NCBI GenBank assembly: GCA_044440125.1
Contig: JBITAJ010000011.1
Coordinates: 32,001-96,000, forward strand
DNA from: Sedimentisphaeraceae bacterium JB056
GTDB taxonomy: Bacteria > Planctomycetota > Phycisphaerae > Sedimentisphaerales > Sedimentisphaeraceae
Direction: 5' to 3'
Length of the DNA: 64,000 nt
Shown here: piece after piece, positions 1 to 10,287 of the stretch
Position numbering within the stretch: position 1 is the stretch's first letter
How the letters are laid out: every line of letters starts with the position of its first letter
Notes under the pieces: generated by a model
Databases searched by the model: none
What the model saw: only the letters and a program-made list of their open reading frames with translations
What the model was told of the DNA's origin: nothing
Position numbers and translations under genes: made by a program

Positions 1-32
1 GGCCCCGCACTCCAAAACACTACTTCCAAGCA

Positions 33-1349
33 TCACTTAATCGGCCAGAATACGGCATCATAGTCTTCTCCACCATCATCAACACCATCCTCTCCAATAC
101 CATACAGTAAGAAAGAATCCACCTGCCGGCTGTAAATAAAAGACTTACCGCTAAAGGAGTCAATTGGCAATTGGTCAATATAACCTTCATCAACAAGCTG
201 ATTCAACGATTCAGGAAAGTATCCGTTGTCAATCTTAAATAAATGCAGATCAACAACAAGAATGCTCGCCTCATTACTATCATTAGTTCGCCAAACCAAA
301 TATGCAACCTGACTTAAAAAAGGCTTTACTGTTGCAAACATAAAGTTTTCTCCAACTTCAGCAGCAACAGCTTCCTCATAACTTCCAACTACATAAGGAG
401 GCTTTCTGTAATTTGAATCCACACTTTTATAAAGAACGGCCGCATCATCCATACATTCCTGCTTACCCGGCGGGAAAAATACAATCTTCATAAAATCCGT
501 AAAGGACTCTGGTTCGTTCTTCAAGAAAGCATTATCAGATCCATTAAAACTCTCAGGATACCAATGATCACCAATCGGGGTAACCACAAAACTGCGTTGT
601 ATCCCATCAAGCATCATATAACGTTCCGACTCTATATCTAAAGGTTTCCCGATTTGAGCAGAAGATATCTCAAGCTCATTTTTTATCTCTGTCAGCTCCT
701 CTCGCGACAAATCAAATTCTTGAATGAATAAACAGGCAGCGTCTGATGCGCAGCGAGCCAAAGCAATACCGACTATCTGTTCAATAAGAGTTTTTTGAGA
801 CTTTATATGCGCCGCAGTCCGAAAAACAACCTTCAAATCATCAATACCTTCTGTAAAATCACCATCACTCAAGGCAAAATAAGATTGCCACAGAAAAGAA
901 TAAATCATCTTTCTGGTAATACCCAAGTTGGGTAATTCAATATCTGTAAGAGGAGCATTCTCGATTAATGAATATTCTCTCCAGTAATATTTTTTCTCAC
1001 TTCCCTCTCGCCACAATTCCATTGCTTCTTTATTTTCTTCAATCCACCTGCATACTAACTTTTCCTGATCAGAACTGATAACAAAGAAATCTAAACTTAT
1101 AGGATCAAATTCATCTTCCTGTTCAGGGAATGGACTATAAACTTCTGCGGCATTATCAAAGAAAGTTGCCGCGTTTTCTTCATCCTTTATTTCAAATTCG
1201 GGTTTAATAAACTCATTAAGCTCTGCCAAATAATCATGGTCAATAGTCGGCTCACCCGTAGCTAACCAAAAATACGCAACTACCGCCAGCAACACAACCG
1301 CACCAACAAACCCACCTAACCACAACAATATTTTACTTATCAATTTCAA
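33..1349 (-). CDS. Hypothetical membrane-anchored protein (planctomycete-type, C-terminal GspG-like motif)
   Basis: 438-aa ORF with an N-terminal TM helix (ILLWLGGFVGAVVLLAVVAYFWL). The C-terminus GYFPESLNQLV..LPIDSFSGKSFIY..FLLYGIGEDGVDDGG resembles pseudopilin C-terminal motifs. No prepilin cleavage motif. Confidence 0.7.
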   Translation of the reverse strand: MKLISKILLWLGGFVGAVVLLAVVAYFWLATGEPTIDHDYLAELNEFIKPEFEIKDEENAATFFDNAAEVYSPFPEQEDEFDPISLDFFVISSDQEKLVCRWIEENKEAMELWREGSEKKYYWREYSLIENAPLTDIELPNLGITRKMIYSFLWQSYFALSDGDFTEGIDDLKVVFRTAAHIKSQKTLIEQIVGIALARCASDAACLFIQEFDLSREELTEIKNELEISSAQIGKPLDIESERYMMLDGIQRSFVVTPIGDHWYPESFNGSDNAFLKNEPESFTDFMKIVFFPPGKQECMDDAAVLYKSVDSNYRKPPYVVGSYEEAVAAEVGENFMFATVKPFLSQVAYLVWRTNDSNEASILVVDLHLFKIDNGYFPESLNQLVDEGYIDQLPIDSFSGKSFIYSRQVDSFLLYGIGEDGVDDGGEDYDAVFWPIK

Positions 1350-1482
1350 CCCTTATCATTATTATCTGAATTTATATAAATTTCATTTTCGAGATATTTT
1401 TCAATCTTTTCCTTAAGCTCATTATCATAAATATATAATCCTAAATCAAATCCAGACGGAAAAAGCTCCTGCTCTCCCCCTT

Positions 1483-1612
1483 AAACTTTCTAACTTTTCA
1501 CACTTTTGAATCGTCTATATCATGCGTAAGCAATAATTATCGTGAGCAAAGCGAACCCCACAATTCCTAATTCCTAATTTGTAATTAATTTGCGTCTTAG
1601 CGTCCTTGCGTT
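1483..1612. repeat. Cluster of short degenerate tandem repeats
   Basis: AAACTTTCT/AACTTTTCA/CACTTTTGA (1483-1509), AATTCCT-AATTCCT-AATTTGT (1562-1582) and TTTGCGTC-TTAGCGTC-CTTGCGTT (1589-1612). Confidence 0.55.
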
Positions 1613-1617
1613 GAATT

Positions 1618-3297
1618 TTAAATCCAGAACGAGAAGTATAAATATATCCCAATCACCAGCGAGATTGTAGCGACTGTCAGCAGCACATCCCACTTACCCC
1701 AACTCTCTCGTATCGCCTTCTTGTCCTCGGCACTGAATGTCTGGAAGGTAAGCCCGGCCACCTTTTCTGCTGCCGGTTCCTTTGAGTTGAGCGAGATAAA
1801 TATAACCAGTATCACGCTGAATATAAATAGCACGCCTGAGAAATACAGGAAGTTGAAATCGCCAACAGCCGCAAGAGCCGCCGGATTTCCTATCTTTCCC
1901 GCCCCGTAAAACGCCTGAACGGTGAGCTTTATCATGCCAAGCACGAAGCCAACCGTCAAGCCCCAGAATGCACCATGCCTGTTAATGCGTTTCCAGAACA
2001 GGCCAAGCAGGAATACCGCGGTTATCGGAGGAGCAAGATAGCTCTGCACGCTCTGCAAATACTCATACAGCCCGCCGTCAGCAATCCTGTACATAACCGG
2101 TATCCACAGTATACCCAGACCGACCACGATGCCCGTAGCGAATCGCCCGACAGTAACAAGATGCTTCTCCGACTGCCCCGGCTTAATCTTCTCGTAGATA
2201 TCAACCGTAAACAGCGATGCACACGAATTGAACAGCGAAGACAGCGAGCTCATCAACGCCGCCAGCAAACCGCCCACAACAAGCCCGCGGACACCCACCG
2301 GCAACAAGTTCATAACCATAATGGAGAACACCTGATCGCCATCGAGATTGCCGTTATCCTTGAGCGGGATAGATATAAGCCCGTTCTTGTGAAGAGCATA
2401 CCCAATCATGCCCGGCACGAGAAATATAAACACCGGCCACACCTTCAGAAAACCACCCCACAAAGCACCACGGCGGGCGTTTGTAAGATTCTTAGCCGCC
2501 AAAGTCCTCTGCACAATATACTGATCGGTACACCAATACCATATACCCACAATCGGCGAAGCAATCATTACGCCGAGCCATGGAAAATCCGGATCGGTAA
2601 GCGGATTCCACAACGCCATATTAGCCGCGTTGAGTTGGCAGGCATCCTGAAGCTGCCCCCAGCCGCCAAGCTTATTAAGCCCGAAATACGTGATAAACGC
2701 CGAGCCGACAAGCAGTATCATAGCCTGAGCCGTATCGGTATACACCACCGCACGAAGCCCGCCGAATATCGTATAAACACCCGTAAGGATTACAGTTGTG
2801 AATGCTCCAACCCAGAACGCCATCTCCGGCGTACTGAAAAGATCCGGCAGCAGCGCCTCGAACACCTTCGCCCCCGCATACACCGTAACCGATACCTTTG
2901 TAAACACGTAAGCCACCAGCGAAACGCATGAAAGCAGCCAACGCGTGCGTGAATCGAAACGTTTTTCAAGGAATTCCGGCATAGTGAACACGCCGCTGCG
3001 ATAATAGAACGGCACAAATACCCATGCCAGCATCATCATTATCCAGGCATGAAGTTCCCAGTGTGCCATCGCCATACCGCGAGTCGCCCCGCTGCCGGCA
3101 AGCCCCACAATATGCTCCGAGCCGATATTGGAAGCGAAAAGAGAGGCACCAACCGCAAACCAACCGATATTACGCCCGGCAAGGAAATAATCCTCAGATG
3201 TATCCTGCTTCTTCGACGACCACCAAACAACAAGACCAAGAATGAAAAAGTAAGCTCCAAGAACAACCCAGTCAAGCAAAACAAGTGATGAATCCAT
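1618..3297 (-). CDS. Sodium:solute symporter (SSS), SGLT-like sugar transporter
   Basis: Motifs DYFLAGR, GASLFASNIGSEHIVGLAG, WYWCTDQYIVQR and LAALMSSLSSLFNS; many TM helices; AAGGAG SD upstream. Confidence 0.95.
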   Translation of the reverse strand: MDSSLVLLDWVVLGAYFFILGLVVWWSSKKQDTSEDYFLAGRNIGWFAVGASLFASNIGSEHIVGLAGSGATRGMAMAHWELHAWIMMMLAWVFVPFYYRSGVFTMPEFLEKRFDSRTRWLLSCVSLVAYVFTKVSVTVYAGAKVFEALLPDLFSTPEMAFWVGAFTTVILTGVYTIFGGLRAVVYTDTAQAMILLVGSAFITYFGLNKLGGWGQLQDACQLNAANMALWNPLTDPDFPWLGVMIASPIVGIWYWCTDQYIVQRTLAAKNLTNARRGALWGGFLKVWPVFIFLVPGMIGYALHKNGLISIPLKDNGNLDGDQVFSIMVMNLLPVGVRGLVVGGLLAALMSSLSSLFNSCASLFTVDIYEKIKPGQSEKHLVTVGRFATGIVVGLGILWIPVMYRIADGGLYEYLQSVQSYLAPPITAVFLLGLFWKRINRHGAFWGLTVGFVLGMIKLTVQAFYGAGKIGNPAALAAVGDFNFLYFSGVLFIFSVILVIFISLNSKEPAAEKVAGLTFQTFSAEDKKAIRESWGKWDVLLTVATISLVIGIYLYFSFWI

Positions 3298-3380
3298 TGC
3301 AATCTCCTTTTTTTAAACCTATCTCAGCCTTAAACCAACAACCAGCCATATAAAATCTCAAACGTTAGCAAACTCCTCTA

Positions 3381-3436
3381 CTGATTGCTGATCACTGATA
3401 GCTAATTACTAATCGATCATTGCTAACAGCTAATTA
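3381..3436. repeat. Heptamer tandem repeat (CT[G/A]AT[A/T/C][A/G], 8 units)
   Basis: CTGATTG CTGATCA CTGATAG CTAATTA CTAATCG ATCATTG CTAACAG CTAATTA. Confidence 0.75.
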
Positions 3437-3541
3437 AACTATCTATATTAATTCTAATAATTTACATTAAATTTGTCAAACAATTTCAAAACTGTAAATC
3501 ATCCAGCAGCCAATCGTATGTATACTTTTTTTATTTTTAAT

Positions 3542-3570
3542 TAGACCATACACCCTTATTCAGCTAAAAT
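3542..3570 (+). promoter_or_regulatory. Putative sigma70 promoter giving a leaderless araC-family mRNA
   Basis: TAGACC-N17-TAAAAT, with 6 nt between the -10 and the ATG at 3577; no SD. Confidence 0.45.
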
Positions 3571-3576
3571 ACATAC

Positions 3577-4428
3577 ATGATAGCAAGTTACGAAGAAACA
3601 AAAGAACTTAACGATCACTGCTTTATAGCAAAAGATCTAAACTGCCCAAAATTCCCCTTCTACTGGCATTACAACAATTGCTTCGAACTGACGGTAATAT
3701 TAAGGGGAAGCGGCAACCGTTATATTGGTAGCAATATAAGCGAATTCTCAGCGGGCGAACTCGTTCTCATAGGCCCCAACCTGCCGCACACATGGGATTC
3801 ATGCGAAAACCAAACCAATTCCCGCGCAATAGTCTTTCACTTTACAGAAAATTCATGCGGCGAGGGGCTATTTGATAAAAATGAGATGCAGGACATCAAA
3901 AAAATGCTGAACAGGTCAAAAAACGGACTCCTGTTTACCCCAACAGCAACTCAGACCGTAATAGAAAACATATCCGCACTGCCGGTATTGGACGGCTGGC
4001 AGAGAATAACAACACTTCTTGAAATTCTCGGCAAACTGAGCAAAGCAGACTGTCGTACAATATCGGAAAACAGCAATTTCGGCTCCCTCGACCAAAAATC
4101 ACAAGACAGATTCAGCAGAGTATGCAGCTTTATAAACACCAACTTCACCGACCCGCAACTCTCACAAGCTGATATAGCCGCACAAATACACATGAGCAGT
4201 TCAAGATTCAGCCAGTTTTTCAAGCAAATCTGCGGCAAAAGCTACATAGAGTACCTCAATAGTACAAGATTGAACCACGCATGTAAAATGCTTATAGAAA
4301 CTGACAAGTCAATCACTGAAATATGCTTCGAATCAGGATTCAGCAACATAGCAAACTTCAATCGACACTTCAAAAAGCAAAAGGTAAAAACACCAAGACA
4401 ATACCGCTACGCGTTCACAAAACAATGA
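3577..4428 (+). CDS. AraC family transcriptional regulator (cupin + HTH)
   Basis: N-terminal FYWHYNNCFELTVI..GPNLPHTW cupin; C-terminal ITEICFESGFSNIANFNRHFKK..TPRQYR. Confidence 0.95.
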   Translation: MIASYEETKELNDHCFIAKDLNCPKFPFYWHYNNCFELTVILRGSGNRYIGSNISEFSAGELVLIGPNLPHTWDSCENQTNSRAIVFHFTENSCGEGLFDKNEMQDIKKMLNRSKNGLLFTPTATQTVIENISALPVLDGWQRITTLLEILGKLSKADCRTISENSNFGSLDQKSQDRFSRVCSFINTNFTDPQLSQADIAAQIHMSSSRFSQFFKQICGKSYIEYLNSTRLNHACKMLIETDKSITEICFESGFSNIANFNRHFKKQKVKTPRQYRYAFTKQ

Positions 4429-4649
4429 TTAAGTATGCAACCTTGAATAAAAGAATCATTAAATCTGATAAACCAACCTGAATTTCATCCAACTCAATTG
4501 AGAGAGAATACAATATCAAACGTCGTATTTTCCGAGAGTGCCAAAGTGTTTAATTTAATTTTACTTGAAAAAACACATCAAGCATATTACTATTTGTCAT
4601 ATTGTAAGTTCAAGGGTTTAGAATCTAAGATGGAACTATTGAGGGATAT

Positions 4650-5465
4650 ATGGACTACAGCGTTCAAACAGTCTTGTTAGCATTCGGATTCACACTGATA
4701 GCCGGTTTATCTACGGGTATAGGCGCGGCATTAGCTTTCTTTACAAGAAAAACCAACACGAAATTTCTGTCACTGGCATTGGGCTTCTCAGCCGGCGTTA
4801 TGATATACGTCTCCTTCATAGAAATTTTCCAGAAAGCAAGAACAAGCCTCAGCGAAGTAGCCGGCGCATATTGGGGGACTATATACGCGGTCATAGGCTT
4901 TTTTGGCGGTATAGCGATAATTGCGATAATCGACAAGCTAATACCAGATGTAGAAAATCCGCATGAAATGCATAAAATCGAGGAAATCAAGCAAAGCATT
5001 GACACCTCCAGCCCCGATTTGATGCGTATGGGACTCTTCGCCGCCCTCGCGATTGGAATACACAATTTCCCTGAAGGCTTTGCTACATTTATGAGTGCAC
5101 TCAAAGACCCGAAACTGGGCGTTGCAATCACCACGGCAATCGCAATACATAATATACCGGAAGGAATCGCCGTAAGCGTGCCGATATACTACGCAACAGC
5201 CAACCGTTCTAAAGCGTTCTGGCTTTCCACTCTATCAGGGATCGCCGAGCCGGTTGGTGCGGCAATAGGTTTCTTGATACTCAGACAATTTATGACTGAC
5301 TACGTATTCGGCTTTTCATTTGCGGCAGTTGCTGGTATAATGGTGTTCATATCGCTTGACGAGCTTTTGCCTGCCGCCCAGCGTTACGGCGAACACCACC
5401 TTTCGATATATGGATTAATATCAGGGATGGCGATAATGGCACTGTCATTGATAATGTTTTTATAA
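4650..5465 (+). CDS. zupT: Zinc transporter ZupT (ZIP family)
   Basis: LGFSAGVMIYVSF, IGIHNFPEG, IAIHNIPEG and ISLDELLP motifs. Confidence 0.93.
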   Translation: MDYSVQTVLLAFGFTLIAGLSTGIGAALAFFTRKTNTKFLSLALGFSAGVMIYVSFIEIFQKARTSLSEVAGAYWGTIYAVIGFFGGIAIIAIIDKLIPDVENPHEMHKIEEIKQSIDTSSPDLMRMGLFAALAIGIHNFPEGFATFMSALKDPKLGVAITTAIAIHNIPEGIAVSVPIYYATANRSKAFWLSTLSGIAEPVGAAIGFLILRQFMTDYVFGFSFAAVAGIMVFISLDELLPAAQRYGEHHLSIYGLISGMAIMALSLIMFL

Positions 5466-5548
5466 AAGAAGGCAAACAGGCTCTTGGTAAAAACTGAGCT
5501 TAGCCTGGAATTAATTGCCGGCTAATGCCTTCAATATGAGTAGAATAT

Positions 5549-6256
5549 ATGAATAATGAAATGAACCAGACGATAGAACAAAATAAGCCTGACAGCAATA
5601 ACCAGCCGACCTCTAATGCCTCGTGCCTGATGCCTGATGGCTGTTCTGTAAAAACAATAATATTTGATTGGGGCGGCGTATTAATCGACCCGCCGGCAGC
5701 GAATATCATCAACTATTGTTCACGTGTCACAGGCATCTCTGGCGAGGATTTCATGAATGCATACCGCCAGATCGAGTTTGACTTTTACAGGGGAACCATC
5801 TCCGAGCCGCAGTTGTGGCAGCATATATGCTCTGTTAACGGGATTGATACCCCTGCTGAATGCCTGAATGAAGGACGTTCGAAATGGTTAATGGCGTTTG
5901 ACACCGCATATAAACCGAGACCGGAGATGTTTAAAATCATTGCCGATCTAAAAAATAACGGCTACAAGATCGGGCTTCTATCAAACGCGGAATTGCCTGT
6001 TTTGACGTATTTCGAAGAGGAAATTTACGAGGATTTCGACTTCAGCGTGTTTTCGTGTATAGAGCAAATGGCAAAACCTGATGCTGAAATATACCATCTG
6101 GCCGCCGAGAAAGCTCAAATGCCGGCAGAAAAATGCCTTTTCGTCGACGACAAAGAAGAAAACACAAACGCAGCAGAAAAAATAGGTATGAAAGCAATCC
6201 ATTTCAAGAATTTTGATGATTTCAAAGAGAAACTCTTGCTTCTCTGCCAAATATAA
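5549..6256 (+). CDS. HAD family phosphatase (YihX-like)
   Basis: IIFDWGGVL motif I, LLSN, KPDAEIY, LFVDD..N. The N-terminal extension contains translated heptamer repeats. Confidence 0.9.
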   Translation: MNNEMNQTIEQNKPDSNNQPTSNASCLMPDGCSVKTIIFDWGGVLIDPPAANIINYCSRVTGISGEDFMNAYRQIEFDFYRGTISEPQLWQHICSVNGIDTPAECLNEGRSKWLMAFDTAYKPRPEMFKIIADLKNNGYKIGLLSNAELPVLTYFEEEIYEDFDFSVFSCIEQMAKPDAEIYHLAAEKAQMPAEKCLFVDDKEENTNAAEKIGMKAIHFKNFDDFKEKLLLLCQI

Positions 6257-6257
6257 T

Positions 6258-7628
6258 ATGCCAGAAACCGAGATAAAAAAAACGAAAGAACACCCCGACC
6301 TATACAAGAAAGTAATAAAAGGCGGTTTCTGGGTATTCGCACTAAGAATATTCACTCAGCTAATGAGCATTCTTAGACTCGCAATTCTGGCGAGAATACT
6401 TTCGAAAACTGATTTCGGATTAATTGGCATAGCCCTGCTTCTTATTAGTATACTTGGCACTATCACACAAACCGGATTTCAAGCCGCTCTTGTTCAGAAG
6501 AAAGAGAATATTACACCTTTTTTAAATACGGCATGGACTACAAATATAATAAGAGGGATTATTCTTTATTCTTTATTATATTTTATTGCACCATTCGCCG
6601 CTAAGATTAAAGTCCCAATAGAACAGTATGAAACAGCTTTAGCTATAATAAGGGTAACTGGACTTTCAATTATAATTGGAAGTTTATCAAACATTGGAAT
6701 TGTTTACTTTCAAAAAGATCTACAATTCAATAAAACATTCCAGATTAATTCTATATCGAACCTGTTGGGTATAGCTATCTCTATAATAATTGCAATCATA
6801 TATAAAAGCCCTTGGGCATTAGTCGCAGGTAGACTAACAAATACAACAATCTCTGTTTTACTAAGTTATATTTTACATCCATTTAAACCTAAATTGAATT
6901 TTGAAAAAGATAAATTCTTGGAGCTATGGCATTTTGGCCGTTGGGTCACAGGAAGCTCAATAATAGGTTTTTTCGTTAATTATGGAGACGACTTCTTTGT
7001 TTGGTTTTTCTTGGGAACAGAAGCTTTGGGACTATACCAAATGGCATACAGAATAGCAATGATACCCGCCGATTTTGGTTCTTCAATATTATCCAAAATA
7101 ACATTCCCTGCTTTTTCAAAAGTTTCAAACGATATCGAAAGACTTAAAAAAGCATATTTTAAGACCTATAAATTTGCATCCTCTTTTTCTATACCTTCAT
7201 CTGTGGCAATCTTAATCCTTTCACCAATTATGATACCTCTAATTTTAGGTGATAAATGGATACCTGCAATAATCCTCATTCAAATTCTAACTATAAAAGG
7301 TACATTTCTGACTCTTGGGGCTACACGAGGACCTCTATTTTTATCGTTAAATAAGCCTGGAATTGGAACAAAATTCAGATTTTTAAGACTTATCACCCTT
7401 TCAATAACAATTTATCCATTATGTTTATTATTAGAACTAAAAGGTGTTTGCATAGCCGTAACATTATCTTGCTTATTACCAATGGCACCTGCATATAACT
7501 TAGCTAACAAATTACTTAACGCTACATGGAAAGACATAATAGAATCATCAAAAACAGCAATACTTGTTGGAATAATCACTGGATTGCTATCTTTGGCAGT
7601 CAAATATGTCTTGAATTACTTTTTTTAG
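6258..7628 (+). CDS. wzx: Wzx-type polysaccharide flippase (WzxC-like)
   Basis: LAILARILSKTDFGL, TGFQAALVQ, LGLYQMAY; ~12 TM. Start moved to ATG 6258, just after the HAD stop; the ORF track start is 6213. Confidence 0.9.
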   Translation: MPETEIKKTKEHPDLYKKVIKGGFWVFALRIFTQLMSILRLAILARILSKTDFGLIGIALLLISILGTITQTGFQAALVQKKENITPFLNTAWTTNIIRGIILYSLLYFIAPFAAKIKVPIEQYETALAIIRVTGLSIIIGSLSNIGIVYFQKDLQFNKTFQINSISNLLGIAISIIIAIIYKSPWALVAGRLTNTTISVLLSYILHPFKPKLNFEKDKFLELWHFGRWVTGSSIIGFFVNYGDDFFVWFFLGTEALGLYQMAYRIAMIPADFGSSILSKITFPAFSKVSNDIERLKKAYFKTYKFASSFSIPSSVAILILSPIMIPLILGDKWIPAIILIQILTIKGTFLTLGATRGPLFLSLNKPGIGTKFRFLRLITLSITIYPLCLLLELKGVCIAVTLSCLLPMAPAYNLANKLLNATWKDIIESSKTAILVGIITGLLSLAVKYVLNYFF

Positions 7629-7667
7629 GTTATAGAATATGGTTAGTAATTTCTAATTTCTTGAAAC

Positions 7668-8600
7668 ATGATTAAAATGAAAAAGCTAAAATTAATAGAT
7701 GAAAATTGGGACTATCTTATAATCTTAGATGCATGCAGATATGATTATTTCACAGAAATCTATAAATCATTTCTGCCCGGAAATGTTGAAAAAAGAATTT
7801 CATTAGGCTCCTGCACTCCTGAATGGCGAAACAACAACTTTCCTGATTCTTATAGTGATATAGTTTATATTTCAGGCAATCCTATGATTTGTAAAGATAA
7901 GTCAATTTATGACTATAAGGCAGGCGAACATTTTTTTGAAGTCTTTGAGATTTGGAAAAATAAATGGAATAGTCAAATAGGAACAGTCCTGCCAGGAGAT
8001 CTTACAGAACAAGCCATCAGAATTATCAACCAATATAATGATAAGAAGATAATTGTTCATTATCTTCAACCTCATGCTCCATATATATGCTCTGGAGTAT
8101 CTGGTTGCAAAACAGCAAATGACTTCCAGAAAAAAGGCTATTGCAACGAATTTGGCATTAGACGCAAGTTATTTGATTTTTTAAGACCTTATGCAAAAAA
8201 ATCTAAGTTGCTTGGGAATCACAGCGAATGGTACCTTAGAAAATGGCTTAATATAGAACCACTCAAACCAATAGAAAAGGCCTGGAGAGAACTATGTACA
8301 ACTGGCTTGAGGCAAAAGTATAGAGAAAATTTAATATCAGTGATGTCTCAACTGCCAAGATTACTTGATCACCTTGATGGGAAAGTTCTTATAACTTCCG
8401 ATCATGGCGAATTACTTGGCGAAAAGAAAGATTTTTCTCATCCTTCAACTTCACTTAACCCGATATTAAGAGAAGTTCCCTATTTATTAATAGAAACATG
8501 CAAAAAAAACACCGTTAAACCTGATGCATTTTGTAGTTCCGAACAAACAAATGACAATGACAAAATTCAAGATAAGTTGCAACAACTTGGTTATCTTTAA
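7668..8600 (+). CDS. Alkaline phosphatase superfamily (sulfatase-like) protein without an FGly motif
   Basis: WDYLIILDACRYD, HYLQPHAPY, ITSDHGELLGE, C-terminal LQQLGYL. The nucleophile region SLGSCTPEW is not C/S-x-P-x-R. Confidence 0.8.
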   Translation: MIKMKKLKLIDENWDYLIILDACRYDYFTEIYKSFLPGNVEKRISLGSCTPEWRNNNFPDSYSDIVYISGNPMICKDKSIYDYKAGEHFFEVFEIWKNKWNSQIGTVLPGDLTEQAIRIINQYNDKKIIVHYLQPHAPYICSGVSGCKTANDFQKKGYCNEFGIRRKLFDFLRPYAKKSKLLGNHSEWYLRKWLNIEPLKPIEKAWRELCTTGLRQKYRENLISVMSQLPRLLDHLDGKVLITSDHGELLGEKKDFSHPSTSLNPILREVPYLLIETCKKNTVKPDAFCSSEQTNDNDKIQDKLQQLGYL

Positions 8601-10172
8601 TCAAAGATAGCCTAAATCAGTAAGTTGTTGTTCGACATCTTCTTGTTCAGAATCTGAATAATCCATATGACTTCTGACAGCAGTATCTTTATCGGTAAAA
8701 TTAGTTTTAAAGTTAAAACTAAAACAATCAGTAAGGGCTTTTCCGTCAATATGAGCTGGAATATCAATACCGAGCAAAGCAAGAATAGTTGGCGTAATAT
8801 CAATAAGCTCGCAATTATTGTTTTTGTTTTTGACCTTTTCACCGGAAAGAACAAAAACACCTTCTGGCGAGTGAGTCCCTATCTGTAATCCATTTCTTAC
8901 AGTATTTCCCTCTATTACAGGAGAAAATGGATTAAGTGTAATCTGCCAGCCCTCATTAAGTTTCACTACAATATCGGGACGATCATATCCTGAGGGATAC
9001 ACTTCTTCACCTCTTTGTATTTCTTTTACGGCTTTGCCGTCACCAAAAGAACTACGAATTTCATCTGCTAATCTTTCAACTATAGATTCTTTGTTTTCGC
9101 AACAAGGATTAATATATATCAATCCTCCTAAACCTCCAAGACAAAAGGCTGCGGTTTTATCCATATCAATGATTCGTCTGAGATGAACTATCTCTTCTTC
9201 ACTATAATTAATATTTTTCGTAAATAGTTTCTTCTTTATCTTACCATAAAATTTAGCTGCATACTTTATAATACTAAATTTACTCTTCAAAACTTCTTTT
9301 GTTTTTGAAAACTTAGTATCAGAATCAGGGATCGTACTAAGAACCAGATAACCATTATCTAAAAGCCATCGGTTTAACCCTATGGAACCTTCATATTTAC
9401 AGAAACCATGATCAGAGACAATAAAAGTAAGAACATCCTGTCCTGCAGAACTTAAAAGCTGTCCAATACGTGAATCCAATTGAGAATAAAAAAGCGAAGC
9501 CTTAGCATAAACATCTTTGCTATATCCCTTAGCACCCGGATCTAATGTTGCCCAAGCTCTATGCTGAAATAAGTCTGTTGTTTGTACCTGTATCGAAAAA
9601 AGATCCCATTGATAATCAACTATAAGTTTCTCTGCTAAATCAAACCTGACATTCTCTGTTTTTATAGACTCTTCAACGAAATCGTCAAGGTCTTTAATAT
9701 GTCTATTTTCTACTATCTTGTAATTAGTACCTTTCAAGTATTTATTATATATTTTAGATGGATAGACATTGTCACTATTAATTTCCGGACAAAGCAGACC
9801 AGGAACAAAGACTCCTTCAACTTCAGGACAAGGAAAACTTACAGGCATATTAATGCTTATAACTTTTTTTTGGGATTTTGTCAATATAGTCCAAATATCT
9901 GGAGCTTTATTATCGGCCAAGCTATTAACTCGAAGTTTATTAGATTTTGTATCAAATTTATGAAAGCAGTAAATACCGGTTTTTTCTGGCCGGCATCCTG
10001 TTTGAAATGATGACCAAGCCGGTGATGTTTCAAACGGAAAAACGCTTTTCAAATTCCCGCAGCAACCTTTACTGCATAAATTACGGAGATTAGGCATAAA
10101 ACCGTCGTCCATAAGTCTTTTGCCACTTGTCCACGAAAAACCATCAAGCCCTATTATAAGTATTTTAGTCAT
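8601..10172 (-). CDS. Type I phosphodiesterase/nucleotide pyrophosphatase family protein (AP superfamily)
   Basis: IIGLDG, SVFPFETSPAWSSFQTG, TDLFQH, VSDHGF, GTHSPEG, C-terminal LTDLGYL. Confidence 0.88.
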   Translation of the reverse strand: MTKILIIGLDGFSWTSGKRLMDDGFMPNLRNLCSKGCCGNLKSVFPFETSPAWSSFQTGCRPEKTGIYCFHKFDTKSNKLRVNSLADNKAPDIWTILTKSQKKVISINMPVSFPCPEVEGVFVPGLLCPEINSDNVYPSKIYNKYLKGTNYKIVENRHIKDLDDFVEESIKTENVRFDLAEKLIVDYQWDLFSIQVQTTDLFQHRAWATLDPGAKGYSKDVYAKASLFYSQLDSRIGQLLSSAGQDVLTFIVSDHGFCKYEGSIGLNRWLLDNGYLVLSTIPDSDTKFSKTKEVLKSKFSIIKYAAKFYGKIKKKLFTKNINYSEEEIVHLRRIIDMDKTAAFCLGGLGGLIYINPCCENKESIVERLADEIRSSFGDGKAVKEIQRGEEVYPSGYDRPDIVVKLNEGWQITLNPFSPVIEGNTVRNGLQIGTHSPEGVFVLSGEKVKNKNNNCELIDITPTILALLGIDIPAHIDGKALTDCFSFNFKTNFTDKDTAVRSHMDYSDSEQEDVEQQLTDLGYL

Positions 10173-10287
10173 AATAGCATAAATATATATTTTAACTGCT
10201 ATAAAGGCAATAATTTTCTTGACGAATTAGAGATATATGGAATATACTGTAAAAAATAACATTAATAAATAAGGTGAATTTAATATC

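Noticed and set aside
1975..2931. 318-aa plus-strand ORF
   Set aside because: Antisense shadow of the SSS transporter; no recognizable motifs.
3381..3436. CRISPR array
   Set aside because: Units are 7 bp with no spacers; no cas genes and no CRISPR-like array were seen in the window.
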